This document shows, piece by piece, positions 1 through 9,741 of a stretch of DNA of 64,000 bases. The notes under the pieces were generated by a model, which saw only the letters and a program-made list of their open reading frames with translations, was not told the origin of the DNA and did not search any database. This stretch comes from Anaerolineales bacterium. Its GTDB lineage: Bacteria; Chloroflexota; Anaerolineae; Anaerolineales; RBG-16-64-43. The stretch covers positions 499-64,498 of the forward strand of contig DAOUDU010000178.1 in NCBI GenBank assembly GCA_034430775.1, given 5' to 3'. How positions within the stretch are numbered: the first letter of the stretch is position 1; every line of letters starts with the position of its first letter. The position numbers and the translations under genes are program-made.

Positions 1-435
1 CGCGTCCCCTTCCACCAGGTCGATCTTGTTGGCGCACACAACGGCCGGGATGCCCGCCCGCTCCGCCACGACCAGGAAGCGGTCGAGCATGCGCAGATGC
101 GGTTCGGGTTCGGCGCAGGCGAAGATGAAGACGGCCTGTTCCGGATTGGCAACGATCACCTGCTCGGTTTCCCCCCCGGCGTAACTCCGGCGCCCGCCGG
201 TGGAGGGCGTGGAGCGCGAGAGCACCCGGCTGCGCGGAAGGATCTCCTCGATCGCACCGGTTCCGTCGGCGGCGGGAAGCACCAACACCCGGTCGCCGAC
301 CGCGGCGATATCGGTCGCCACACGCTTCTTCTTCAACCGCCCGCGCAATTGGCAGGTGAAATTTCCGCGGTCGGTCCGTACGGTGTAGAAACCGGATTGC
401 GCTTTTATGATCAACCCTGGAAGATTCTCACTCAT
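1..435 (-). CDS. rsgA: Ribosome biogenesis GTPase RsgA/YjeQ, N-terminal part; the gene continues past the left edge.
   Basis: Absent from the ORF track because there is no stop codon inside the window. Reverse translation from the ATG at 435..433 gives MSENLPGLIIKAQSGFYTVRTDRGNFTCQLRGRLKKKR, an OB-fold N-terminus typical of RsgA. Further on it gives ...LDRFLVVAERAGIPAVVCANKIDLV, with the NKxD motif placed early as in circularly permuted GTPases. Confidence 0.75.
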   Translation of the reverse strand, partial: MSENLPGLIIKAQSGFYTVRTDRGNFTCQLRGRLKKKRVATDIAAVGDRVLVLPAADGTGAIEEILPRSRVLSRSTPSTGGRRSYAGGETEQVIVANPEQAVFIFACAEPEPHLRMLDRFLVVAERAGIPAVVCANKIDLVEGDA

Positions 436-524
436 AAAATATTCCCGTGATGGAAGAATAGGCCCGGAATTTTCGCGGAGTTGGTTGGTTATTTCGAGGA
501 CGGATGCGATGATACGACATAATA

Positions 525-2819
525 TTACGCCGGGGATTCCGGCGCAAACGTCGGTGTCGGTTCCTCGCCCGCCTCCGGCGTATTGGTGGCGCGGATCCCG
601 TATTCGGATTCCCACGGGTAGGGCGTGCTGGGGCGGCCGAAGAAATAGATCTCAAACACGCGGCGAACCATGCGGGCAGCGTAAATGGATCCCTCGCCGG
701 CGTATTCCGCGATCACCGCCACGGCGATATCCGGCTTGGAGGACCCCTCATTGAACGTGTACGCGACGAACCATGAGTGCGGATCCTCGCTTCCGGATTG
801 CGCCGTCCCGGTCTTCCCGGCGATCTTCACCGAGCCGGAAATGCCTGCGAACCGCGCCCGGGCGGTCCCCTTCGGATCGTATATCACACCCCGCATCGCG
901 CGCCGGATGGCTTCCAGGTTCTCCGGATTGAGAGGCAGCAAGCCGCGGACGGCCGGGCTGAAGGAAAACACGGGCGCGCCGTCCGGCGGACGGATGGAAA
1001 GGATGACCTGCGGCCGGAAGAGTGTTCCGCCATTCCCGACCGCCGCGATGAAATCCGCAACTTGCAGCGGAGTTACCAGCAAGCTTCCCTGTCCGACGGC
1101 CTGATCGAGTGCATGCGAGACGTTCCAAGCCGTTCCGCCCGGGCCGGGTACGAGGCCGGCGAATTCATCCAAACCGGGTATGCCCGTTGCGGATCCCAGC
1201 CCGAAGGCCTTTGCCAGATCGGCAATCCTCATCGGATCCTGGTTATATAAAGTTTCTCCGACGTTCCAGAAACATGGGTTGCAGGATTGCACCAGGCATT
1301 GTTCCAGTGTGATCTTTCCGTGCGGCAGCATCTCCTTCTCGATGACCCAATCCGTGCGTTCGACGCCGTCGGCTCCGACGTAGATTCCCGTCGCGTCGTC
1401 GTAAACCGTTTCGGGGGTAAATAATCCGGATTCCAGCGCGGCAGCCATGGTAATGATCTTGAATACCGAGCCGAGCGGATACGATCCGTTCGTCGCCCGA
1501 TTGTTCAACGGGCCGTCCGGATCGTTGAGGATATCCGGCACCAGATAGCCGCCGTTAAAACTACCCGGCGTGAACAGGTTGTTGTCATACCGCTTGCTTG
1601 AAACCATCGCCAGGACTTCGCCGGTATTGCGGTTGAGCACGACCGCCGCGCCGTTGTATGGCCCCAACACGGTCCGCTCGATCTGTGCCTGCAGATCCCG
1701 TTCGAGCGTCGTATAGAGATCCATCGCCGGTTCCGGGTCGGCTTCTGCCATTATGAAAAGAGGCGCTCCGTCCGGCGCGGTCACCATCAGCGTGCCGCCC
1801 TGCCCACCCGCCAGGTCGGGCTCGGCGGATTGCTCCAGGCCGGTTACGCCGATCGTTTCATTACCCGAATATCCACGCGCCTGGTAATCCGCAAGCAGTT
1901 CGGTCGAAATCTTGCTGGTATATCCCACAACATGCGAACCCACGCCGCCGCCGTAGTAATACCGCCGGGTGGATGTATTCACATAAACACCGCCCAAGGC
2001 CGCGAGCGATTCGTAATCGCCGGGAATATCCTCCACGCTGGCTTCCCCGACTGGAACGAACTGATCCGGCATGGATTCGGCGATTGTCAGGCGAATCAGT
2101 TCGCGCGGCATGCGCAACGCGGCCGAAAGGCGCGCCAGCACGGCGTCTTCGTCGGTGATCTCGCCCGGGATAACTCCGAGTTCCACCACTTCGGCTTCGA
2201 CGGCGAGCGGCAGCCCCTCCCGGTCGAAAATATTGCCGCGTGCGGGGATTTCCCGATGCAGCACCAGCTTGTTCCCGTTCTCCAGGTCCGGCAGGACCGT
2301 CTCCCCGTCCCAGGCGACCTTCCACGTGTCTTCCTCGCGTTTCATAAGCATCCGCGTCTGCCGGGAGATATCACCCACCAGAATCGTGTGGAGCGTGACG
2401 TCGAATTGCACCACGGCCTCGGTCGGTGTCATGTCGACCGAGAGGATGGCATAGTCCAGTGAACGCCATGTCGTCTGCAGGCGGACGTCCCTGTAAAAGG
2501 CAACAAAATCGTCCTGCGGCAAAGCGGTGCGGCCGGCGGCCGAAAGCATGGAATACATTTTGGGGTAGTCCGCGGCCTGCCATCCGTCGAGATAGGCGCG
2601 CGCGGCGCCCTCCGGCGAAGGCGGACGGGGAAAACCGGTTTGCGTTGCTTGAAGGGTGGGCGTGGAGGATCCGGGAAGGACAAGCTGCCAGGGCTTCAGC
2701 CAGCCCAGGACGGCAACCGCCCCGGCCGTGGCGAACAGCATGAGCAGCGCCGTCTCGGCGCGCCGCTTCCATGCGTTCCACCTGGCCGTCTTGTTCCATT
2801 CCGGATGTTGATATTGCAT
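525..2819 (-). CDS. Class B penicillin-binding protein (PBP2-type transpeptidase) with an N-terminal membrane anchor and an NTF2-like domain; paralog A.
   Basis: 764-aa ORF. It carries the SxxK motif (LGSVFKIITMAAALE), the SxN motif (VQSCNPCFW) and the KTG motif (IAGKTGTAQ). An N-terminal TM helix is present (LLMLFATAGAVAVLGWL). Confidence 0.9.
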   Translation of the reverse strand: MQYQHPEWNKTARWNAWKRRAETALLMLFATAGAVAVLGWLKPWQLVLPGSSTPTLQATQTGFPRPPSPEGAARAYLDGWQAADYPKMYSMLSAAGRTALPQDDFVAFYRDVRLQTTWRSLDYAILSVDMTPTEAVVQFDVTLHTILVGDISRQTRMLMKREEDTWKVAWDGETVLPDLENGNKLVLHREIPARGNIFDREGLPLAVEAEVVELGVIPGEITDEDAVLARLSAALRMPRELIRLTIAESMPDQFVPVGEASVEDIPGDYESLAALGGVYVNTSTRRYYYGGGVGSHVVGYTSKISTELLADYQARGYSGNETIGVTGLEQSAEPDLAGGQGGTLMVTAPDGAPLFIMAEADPEPAMDLYTTLERDLQAQIERTVLGPYNGAAVVLNRNTGEVLAMVSSKRYDNNLFTPGSFNGGYLVPDILNDPDGPLNNRATNGSYPLGSVFKIITMAAALESGLFTPETVYDDATGIYVGADGVERTDWVIEKEMLPHGKITLEQCLVQSCNPCFWNVGETLYNQDPMRIADLAKAFGLGSATGIPGLDEFAGLVPGPGGTAWNVSHALDQAVGQGSLLVTPLQVADFIAAVGNGGTLFRPQVILSIRPPDGAPVFSFSPAVRGLLPLNPENLEAIRRAMRGVIYDPKGTARARFAGISGSVKIAGKTGTAQSGSEDPHSWFVAYTFNEGSSKPDIAVAVIAEYAGEGSIYAARMVRRVFEIYFFGRPSTPYPWESEYGIRATNTPEAGEEPTPTFAPESPA

Positions 2820-2843
2820 GATCGCTTGGGCCGGTGGGTATCT

Positions 2844-5114
2844 CTACGGATTGACAACGGTCTCTTCGGGCGGCACTTCCGTATCTTCCGGTGTGCTGGT
2901 ACCGCGCATCCCGTATTCGGATTCCCACAAATAATAAGATGTGGGGCGCCCTTGGAAGTAAATTTCGAAGATCCGCCGCGCCATCGGAGCCGCATAGGTG
3001 GAGCCTTCGCCGATCCGCTCGACGATCACCGCTACGGCGATGTCCGGTTTGTCGGGCTTCTCGCTGAACGAGTAGGCGACAAACCACGAATTCGGCAGAT
3101 CGAATTCGGTCGTCTGGGCGGTGCCGGTCTTTCCGGCGATCCGGACGATATCGGAGATGCCATAGAAGCGGGCGCGCGCGGTCCCCTTGACGTTGTTCAC
3201 CACGCCCGTCATCCCGCGCTGGATCGATGCCAGGTTCTCCTGGCTGACCGGCAGTTTACCGCGGACCTCGGGTTTGAAGGTGAGAACCGCCTCGCCGATC
3301 GGCGGGCGGATGGAGAGGATGATTTGCGGACGGTAGAGCGTTCCGCCGTTTCCGACCGCAGCGACGAAATCCACCACCTGCAGCGGCGTAACCTGCAGCG
3401 AACCCTGGCCGATCGCCTGGTTGAGCGCGTCGCCGCCGGTCCAATCCGCGTCCTGGGTATCGTGCTTCCAGCCGGGATTGGGCACGAACCCGGCTTCCTC
3501 TTCCACGAAAGTGATTCCGGTCGCCGAACCCAATCCGAAGGCCATCGCCATGTTTGGAAGCAGCCAGGCATCCTGGTAATACAATGTCAGCCCGACATGC
3601 CAAAAGCACGGGTTGCAGGAGCGCTCCAGGCACTGTTCGAGCGTCACCTTCCCATGCGGTTTCACGTTTTTTTCGATCACCCAATCCGTGCCTACAAAGC
3701 CCTCGAGCTCCCGGAAATACCCGTCCGCATCGTTGTACACGAAATCCTGGGTGAAAAGCCCGGATTCCAATCCGGCGGCCATGGTGACGATTTTAAACAC
3801 CGAGCCGAGTGGATACAACCCGCGCGTCGCACGGTTGACCAGCGGGTGACGCTGGTCGTTGATGATCGATTGCACCAGGGCGCCGTTGCTATAGGAACCG
3901 TTGAAACTGCTTGGATCGAACAGGTTGCTGTCGTACCCGGGGCTCGACATCATCGCCAGCACTTCGCCCGTATTGCGGTTGAGGACAACCGCCGCGCCGG
4001 TGAACGGGCCCATCAGCGTCTGTTCCATCTGCTGCTGCAGGTCCCGGTCGAGCGTGGTGTAAACGGACATCGCGGCTTGCGGTTTGGATTCGGCGAGCAT
4101 CGCCAGGTTGGAGCCGGTCGGCGTGGTCACCCACAGCTGCCCGCCCTGCCGGCCCGCCAGGTACTGCTCACCCCAATATTCCAGACCGCTGGCTCCGACG
4201 CGTTCGTCCCCCGCGTATCCCATGGCCTGATACTCCGCCTTCGTTTCCGCCGACGGTTGCTGGGTGTATCCGATCACATGCGAGCCAACCCCGCCCCCGA
4301 AGTAGTAGCGCATCATGGTGGTCGTCAGCCGCACGCCGCCTAGGTTTTGCAGCGTGCCGAATATCTCTTCGATGTCCGTCTTGGCCACATCACCGACCGG
4401 GGTGTACCAATCCGGGTGATTGTAATCGATCATCAGGCGGACCATCTCGCGCGGTATTTTCAGCGCCAGCGCAACGTAAGCGACGACCTGACCTTCATCG
4501 TTGATCTCGCCCGAGACGATTCCGATTTCCACCGCCTCGGTCTCGGCCGCGAGGGCCAGCCCGTTGCGGTCGTAGATGTTGCCGCGCGCAGGCCGGTCGC
4601 GGTAAATGACCAGGCGGTTGCCGTTTTCAAGTTCCGGCAGGACGGTTTTTTCATCCCAGGCCACCTTCCAGCCCCCTTGTTGATATTTCAGCAGCATCCG
4701 GGTTTGTTTGGTGATATCGCCCACCAGGACCGTGTGCAGCGTGACTTCGAATTGCAGCGTCGCCTCGGTCGGCGTCATATCGACCGAGAGGATTTTGTAA
4801 TCCAGGGAACGAAGGGTGGTCTGCAAGCCGACGTCTTCATAGAATGCCGTGAAGTCCTCCTCCGACATGGCATCCCGGCTTAGGGAAGAGAGCAGCGCAT
4901 ACATCTTTGGGAAATCCTTGGATTGCCAGCCGTCGAGGAATGCGCGCGCGGCCGATTCGGGCGTCGGCGCCTTGGTGATTTCTATGCCGAGCGCCGTCGT
5001 CACGGCCGTCGAATCGATGGTCGCCGTGCTGCCATTGGCAAGCAGCGGCCGGACGAGCACGACGGCAAGCACGAGGGCGATCACAATCAGCGCGGGAACA
5101 ATCCACTTCTTCAA
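2844..5114 (-). CDS. Class B penicillin-binding protein (PBP2-type transpeptidase); paralog B of 525..2819.
   Basis: 756-aa ORF that aligns with the downstream PBP along its full length. Motifs are LGSVFKIVTMAAGLE, ERSCNPCFW and IAGKTGTAQ. An N-terminal TM helix is present (IVPALIVIALVLAVVLV). Confidence 0.9.
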   Translation of the reverse strand: MKKWIVPALIVIALVLAVVLVRPLLANGSTATIDSTAVTTALGIEITKAPTPESAARAFLDGWQSKDFPKMYALLSSLSRDAMSEEDFTAFYEDVGLQTTLRSLDYKILSVDMTPTEATLQFEVTLHTVLVGDITKQTRMLLKYQQGGWKVAWDEKTVLPELENGNRLVIYRDRPARGNIYDRNGLALAAETEAVEIGIVSGEINDEGQVVAYVALALKIPREMVRLMIDYNHPDWYTPVGDVAKTDIEEIFGTLQNLGGVRLTTTMMRYYFGGGVGSHVIGYTQQPSAETKAEYQAMGYAGDERVGASGLEYWGEQYLAGRQGGQLWVTTPTGSNLAMLAESKPQAAMSVYTTLDRDLQQQMEQTLMGPFTGAAVVLNRNTGEVLAMMSSPGYDSNLFDPSSFNGSYSNGALVQSIINDQRHPLVNRATRGLYPLGSVFKIVTMAAGLESGLFTQDFVYNDADGYFRELEGFVGTDWVIEKNVKPHGKVTLEQCLERSCNPCFWHVGLTLYYQDAWLLPNMAMAFGLGSATGITFVEEEAGFVPNPGWKHDTQDADWTGGDALNQAIGQGSLQVTPLQVVDFVAAVGNGGTLYRPQIILSIRPPIGEAVLTFKPEVRGKLPVSQENLASIQRGMTGVVNNVKGTARARFYGISDIVRIAGKTGTAQTTEFDLPNSWFVAYSFSEKPDKPDIAVAVIVERIGEGSTYAAPMARRIFEIYFQGRPTSYYLWESEYGMRGTSTPEDTEVPPEETVVNP

Positions 5115-5135
5115 ATCGGCACTCTCCTGTTATTT

Positions 5136-5774
5136 TCAACCCGGGAGCCGGGCGAAACCGCATGTGCCACCCGCCCGGCAACCTTCCGGAAGCGGATGCT
5201 CCGGTGTTTCCCCCGCGCCTTCCAGAAGCGCGTAAACGCGACAAAGGGGAAGCCCGACCACGTTAGTGTAACATCCGGTAATGGATCCCACCGGGCGGAA
5301 GGATGGATGCTGAATGGCGTACGCCCCGGCTTTATCCAGTGCGTCGCCGCTCGCCAGATATTCCGCCAGCTCGATCGTTGAATACTCCCGCATGCGGACA
5401 GCGGTGACGGCGGTATCGGTCGTTTCCTCACCGCCCGGTGTGCGCAGCAGGCAGATGCCGGTGATTACCCGATGCTCCCGGCCGCGCAATTGTAAAAGAA
5501 ACGCCTCCGCCTGGTGAACATCGCGGGGTTTTCCGAGCATCTGCCCGCCGTCGGCAACCACGGTATCTGCGGCCAGAATTAATCCCCCGCGTCCATTCAA
5601 GCGCCCGAGGGCCAGGCGGGCTTTTTCGCGGGCGAGGCGCAACGCTGTTTCCTCGGGCGCCTCACCCTCCAGCGCAAGCTCATCGGCGGAAACGGGCAAA
5701 TCATCGCAATCAATGCCGCACTGCCGCAGAAGCTCCCGCCGGCGCGGCGAAGCAGATGCGAGGATCAATTTCAT
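5136..5774 (-). CDS. maf: Maf-family nucleoside triphosphate pyrophosphatase (septum formation protein Maf).
   Basis: 212-aa ORF starting MKLILASASPRRRELL. Later segments include ILAADTVV and AYAIQ. Confidence 0.85.
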   Translation of the reverse strand: MKLILASASPRRRELLRQCGIDCDDLPVSADELALEGEAPEETALRLAREKARLALGRLNGRGGLILAADTVVADGGQMLGKPRDVHQAEAFLLQLRGREHRVITGICLLRTPGGEETTDTAVTAVRMREYSTIELAEYLASGDALDKAGAYAIQHPSFRPVGSITGCYTNVVGLPLCRVYALLEGAGETPEHPLPEGCRAGGTCGFARLPG

Positions 5775-6041
5775 CGGGTATCCTTCTCATGGTACCGGCC
5801 GGCGGAATCCCGGCATGTGCTTTCGTATTGTATCAAAGGGGGTTTGTCGGTCTTCACAGCGGGGATAAGGACAGGATTTACAGGATGGACAGGATGTTGT
5901 TAGCCCCGTTTCCAAAGTTGTCCTATTGAGCGCTTGCCCTCGCAGGCGGGGAACTCCGTGTATAAAACAAGAAGCCCGGCTGAGCGGCTGCGAAAAATCC
6001 AATTGAGGCTTGTACAGTGATGATGGAAATTGAAACGGGCG

Positions 6042-6047
6042 TAGAAT
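6042..6047 (+). promoter_or_regulatory. Candidate -10 box TAGAAT lying 6 nt before the ATG at 6054, implying a leaderless mRNA.
   Basis: The sequence reads gcgTAGAATacgaatATG. There is no Shine-Dalgarno sequence and no convincing -35 box. Confidence 0.35.
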
Positions 6048-6053
6048 ACGAAT

Positions 6054-7103
6054 ATGCTAAATCGGTCTCTCCTCCGCGCAGCGATCCTTGCCGCGGTGCT
6101 GCTTCCCATGCCGGTCCGCGCCTTCGAGCCCCCGGCGACGGCCGTCTTGTCGGGTATTACCGGCCATCCGCAAACGCTGCCGCTGGATTGCGCCTCGCGG
6201 TCCGCGGCGGATTGGGCGGCGTTTTGGGGTGTGTACGTCGACGAAATCACGTTCTTCAACCACCTCCCCCGGACTGATAATCCCGAGACCGGATACGTCG
6301 GCGATGTCCATGATATCCCGGGCAATCTCCCGCCCCGCGGGTACGGCGTGTACGCCGGCCCGGTGGCGGCGCTTTTAAAGGAAGCCTACGGACTTCCCGC
6401 CGCCGCCCGGCGCAATTTCTCCGAATATGAATTGAAAACGGAGATTGCCTTGGGCCGCCCGGTGATCGTCTGGTATGTGTATGGATTCCGTGTGACGATG
6501 ACATACGATCTTGCTTCCATCGATGGATCAACCTATCAGGCCGCTTCCTTCGCGCATACCGGGATCATCACCGGATATGATCCGGAAACCTTCACCGTGG
6601 TGGACGCTTATGACGGACGGGTGCGGCGTGCGGCCCGGGACCAATTCCTGAATTCCTGGGCGGTACTCGGGAACATGGCCATCACCGGCAGCGGCCTCCG
6701 GCTCGAACCGTTGATCCTTTCTTCCTCCGCCATAGCTTCCTCAGCAGCCCCCTCTTACTACACCATTCAGCCGGGCGACACGCTCCGGAAAATCGCCGAC
6801 CGCCTTGGTGTCCCGTGGCATGCGTTGGCCGCCGCGAACAATCTGCATCCGCCCTACACCATTTATCCCGGCCAGCAGCTGCTTCTCCCCGGCGGATCCC
6901 CGGTTCCGGCTCAGCCCGAGACGGTGCCGGCCGTGGATTCCGTCTCCCCCATCCCCGCCACGTACATCGTTCAACCGGGCGATACGCTGGCCGCCATTGC
7001 CCGGATTTTCGGGCTTTCCTGGCCGGACATCGCCGCCTCCAACGGAATCACCTGGCCGTATACCATCCGCCCCGGCCAGGTGCTGATCCTTCCATCACGG
7101 TAA
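6054..7103 (+). CDS. Secreted papain-like (peptidase C39-like) domain protein with two C-terminal LysM peptidoglycan-binding repeats.
   Basis: Signal peptide MLNRSLLRAAILAAVLLPMPVRA. Candidate catalytic Cys in LPLDCASRSAADWA and His in SFAHTGIITGYD. Two LysM repeats are present (YTIQPGDTLRKIADRLGV..., YIVQPGDTLAAIARIFGL...). Confidence 0.75.
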   Translation: MLNRSLLRAAILAAVLLPMPVRAFEPPATAVLSGITGHPQTLPLDCASRSAADWAAFWGVYVDEITFFNHLPRTDNPETGYVGDVHDIPGNLPPRGYGVYAGPVAALLKEAYGLPAAARRNFSEYELKTEIALGRPVIVWYVYGFRVTMTYDLASIDGSTYQAASFAHTGIITGYDPETFTVVDAYDGRVRRAARDQFLNSWAVLGNMAITGSGLRLEPLILSSSAIASSAAPSYYTIQPGDTLRKIADRLGVPWHALAAANNLHPPYTIYPGQQLLLPGGSPVPAQPETVPAVDSVSPIPATYIVQPGDTLAAIARIFGLSWPDIAASNGITWPYTIRPGQVLILPSR

Positions 7104-7114
7104 AATACCCTGCG

Positions 7115-9673
7115 ATGAATTCCGCGGGAGATCCTCCGATCGACCCTCGCCGCCCGGTATCCGGTGGCTCCGCTTTTTTCCTGGATGCCGGTTACGGGCT
7201 GGTGGTTATCGGTTGCACGCTGCTGTTGGTCGCGGCGTTTCCGAACACGCATCCGCTGGTTCCTGCGGGTTCTCTCCTTTTATTCGCATTGCTCCTTCTG
7301 CCGGTGCGGCATTGGCTCCGCCGGCTGATCGATACCCCACTGAGGGAAAAAACCGTTCATCCATCGCGCGCCGACACGGCCGAACCAGCCGGTTTGGAGC
7401 CGCCGACGGCACTTTCCCTCGTAGAAAAATCCCCGGGGCAGGTAACCGGAGACTCTGGGGATTCGAAGGATCTGATCCTGCGCCTGGCGCAAACCTTTCA
7501 CTCGACATCCGACCTCGACATCCTGTTGGAATTGATCTCCTCCCAAATCCTGCGCCGGATCCCGGCGGTTTCTTTCCGTATCGCCCTGGCAGTGGAAAAT
7601 TCCGACGCGCTGTCCTACGCGTATTATTCCGAGAACGGTTCGCGTCGCACCGATCGGGAAGGCCCGCCCTTCCCAGGTCCGGAGGATCTGGCTGGAGTAG
7701 TCGTCCGCACCGGACGCGTTTTGGTGATGGAGAATTATTCCGATGCCTGCCGGATTCACGGTCTTCCCGAGCGCGAACCGCCGACGGCATGGGCCGGTTT
7801 TCCGCTTTCAGCGGGGGCCGCCATCATCGGCGCGATCCTGCTCATGCGCGATGCACCCTTTACACAATCCGAACAATCGCTGCTGGCTTCCCTGGCCGGG
7901 ATTGCGGGACCGGCAATCGCCAAAGCCCGGCTGGAGAAAGAAGCCAGCCGCCAGGAGGCGCTGTTGGCCAACCTCCTGCGCGCGTCGCGCCGCATTCTCG
8001 GTACCGCGGAACGTGATCAGCTTTCCGATTCCATCCTTGCCGGCGCGCGCGAACTTCTGCCCTGCCAGGCCGCTCTGCTGCTCCTCCCAACGCCGTCAGG
8101 TCTCTGGTATCTCGCGCGGCAATCCGGCGCCCAGGATTTACCCGGCGACTTTCCACCCGTCGGGTTGGATCATCCGTTCATCAAAACCGCCGCAGGCGAC
8201 CAGCTGACGATCGTCGACCACCTGGCCGAGGACGACCCGTTCCACTCCCTTACCCAACAGGGTGGTTCGCCTTTTCTTGGCGCCCTATCCCTTCCGCTGC
8301 GGGTGAAAGAACGGATTCCCGGATGGATTGTGTTTTGGAATCCGCTGCGGTCCACACCGCCGCAGGAAACCGAACGGATCATGCTTTGCGAGTACGCCGT
8401 TCTCGCCGCCGCCGCGCTGGAAAAAAACTTTTCACGCGCTCCGATCGATGCCCAATCAGCCGCCCTGGCGGAGGAATTGATCTCTCTTCAAAACCTGGAC
8501 CAGGAACTAAACAGCGTTTCGGATCCGGCGGAAGCGATGGCGATCACCCTGGATTGGGCGGTTCGCTACGCGGATGCCGCCGCCGGGCTGGCCGTCCTCG
8601 TCATGGAAGAATCATTGGAGATCGAAGCGGCCATCGGGTATCCGGAGGGAACCGGGCCGGAGGAAAAGAGCCGGCTTCCGTTCGACTCGGTCGGCTTTCA
8701 GGAAGCCATCCGGTCCGGGGAGCCGGTTCTTCGCCGTGCGGAAGGGCCCGTCGCACCGGGTGTGCTTTCTACAGGCGCAACATGCCTGTTCCTGCCTATC
8801 CGCCGAAACACCCAAACGCTTGGGGCGCTGCTCTTGGAATCGGATTCGGAAGATGCCTTCTCACCCCCGGCGGCGGAATTCCTGCTGCGCATGGCTTCTC
8901 ACGCGGCGATTGCGATCTCGAATGCCCAGCTGTATGCCGAAGTGCGCAGCGCCAACCAGGCAAAAAGTGAGTTTATTTCCTTTGTCGCCCATGAATTAAA
9001 GACACCGATGACCTCGATCCGCGGATACACCGACCTGGTGGCGCAGGGTGCCGTTGGCCCGGTCAGCCAGCCGCAGGCGAATTTCCTCGCCACGATCCGG
9101 CTTAACGTCGACCGGATGGCGGCGCTGGTCTCGGATCTGAACGACGTTTCCCGAATCGAATCCGGCCGGCTGAAGCTTGAATTCGCGGCGGTGGCACTCG
9201 CGCCCGCGCTCGAGGAAGTGATCGAGGCACTGCGCTCCCTGATCGAAGGTAAGGAGCAGAAATTAACTTTGGATATCCCCTCCGATTTGCCGCCGGTCTG
9301 GGTGGACCGCGGCCGGCTGATACAGATACTTACCAACCTGGTCAGCAACGCATACAAATACACGCCGCGCGGCGGCTCGCTGCGGATCATTGCACAGCGT
9401 TCTCCCAACCGCTGGGATCCCGCCGGTCCGCCGGAAGTCGTCCATTGTTACATCCAAGACAGCGGCTTGGGCATAGCGATTCAGGAGCAGAAAAGCGTCT
9501 TTCAGAAATTTTTCCGTTCGGAGGATGGAACGGTGCGCGACCTTCCGGGCACCGGGCTTGGCCTGCACATTACCCGGAATCTCGTGGAGATGCACGGCGG
9601 GAGGATCTGGTTCGAAAGCGAATGGCACAAGGGATCCACGTTCCATTTCACCGTTCCCGCCGCCTCGGTTTGA
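7115..9673 (+). CDS. Sensor histidine kinase with N-terminal TM segments and GAF-like sensor domains; no adjacent response regulator.
   Basis: H-box FVAHELKTPMTSIRGY, N-box LVSNAYKYTP and G-box GTGLGLHITRNLVEMHGGRIWFES. The start is set at the internal ATG 7115 (MNSAGDPP...), because the track ORF start at 6815 overlaps the preceding gene in another frame. Confidence 0.85.
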   Translation: MNSAGDPPIDPRRPVSGGSAFFLDAGYGLVVIGCTLLLVAAFPNTHPLVPAGSLLLFALLLLPVRHWLRRLIDTPLREKTVHPSRADTAEPAGLEPPTALSLVEKSPGQVTGDSGDSKDLILRLAQTFHSTSDLDILLELISSQILRRIPAVSFRIALAVENSDALSYAYYSENGSRRTDREGPPFPGPEDLAGVVVRTGRVLVMENYSDACRIHGLPEREPPTAWAGFPLSAGAAIIGAILLMRDAPFTQSEQSLLASLAGIAGPAIAKARLEKEASRQEALLANLLRASRRILGTAERDQLSDSILAGARELLPCQAALLLLPTPSGLWYLARQSGAQDLPGDFPPVGLDHPFIKTAAGDQLTIVDHLAEDDPFHSLTQQGGSPFLGALSLPLRVKERIPGWIVFWNPLRSTPPQETERIMLCEYAVLAAAALEKNFSRAPIDAQSAALAEELISLQNLDQELNSVSDPAEAMAITLDWAVRYADAAAGLAVLVMEESLEIEAAIGYPEGTGPEEKSRLPFDSVGFQEAIRSGEPVLRRAEGPVAPGVLSTGATCLFLPIRRNTQTLGALLLESDSEDAFSPPAAEFLLRMASHAAIAISNAQLYAEVRSANQAKSEFISFVAHELKTPMTSIRGYTDLVAQGAVGPVSQPQANFLATIRLNVDRMAALVSDLNDVSRIESGRLKLEFAAVALAPALEEVIEALRSLIEGKEQKLTLDIPSDLPPVWVDRGRLIQILTNLVSNAYKYTPRGGSLRIIAQRSPNRWDPAGPPEVVHCYIQDSGLGIAIQEQKSVFQKFFRSEDGTVRDLPGTGLGLHITRNLVEMHGGRIWFESEWHKGSTFHFTVPAASV

Positions 9674-9725
9674 TCGGCCCCTTCCCTTCCCGACAAGAAG
9701 ATAAATAACAGGCATTCCCCACTTA

Positions 9726-9734
9726 TGCTAGAAT
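9726..9734 (+). promoter_or_regulatory. Candidate extended -10 (TGcTAGAAT) lying 7 nt before the ATG at 9742, implying a leaderless mRNA.
   Basis: The sequence reads atgcTAGAATttccggtATG, with no Shine-Dalgarno sequence. Confidence 0.4.
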
Positions 9735-9741
9735 TTCCGGT

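Noticed and set aside
2640-4343. 567-aa plus-strand ORF, and similar long ORFs at 1830..2462 and 4347..4883.
   Set aside because: It lies antisense to the well-supported PBP genes. Its composition is Arg/His/Gly/Pro-rich with no motifs, which is typical of shadow ORFs in high-GC DNA.
5860-5905. Short tandem ggacaggat repeats upstream of the C39/LysM gene.
   Set aside because: There are only two imperfect copies and no recognisable operator or repeat-family context, so this is probably chance.
7115-9673. Orphan histidine kinase considered as part of a novel signalling system.
   Set aside because: Orphan kinases are common. No partner or unusual output domain is visible, so this is ordinary.
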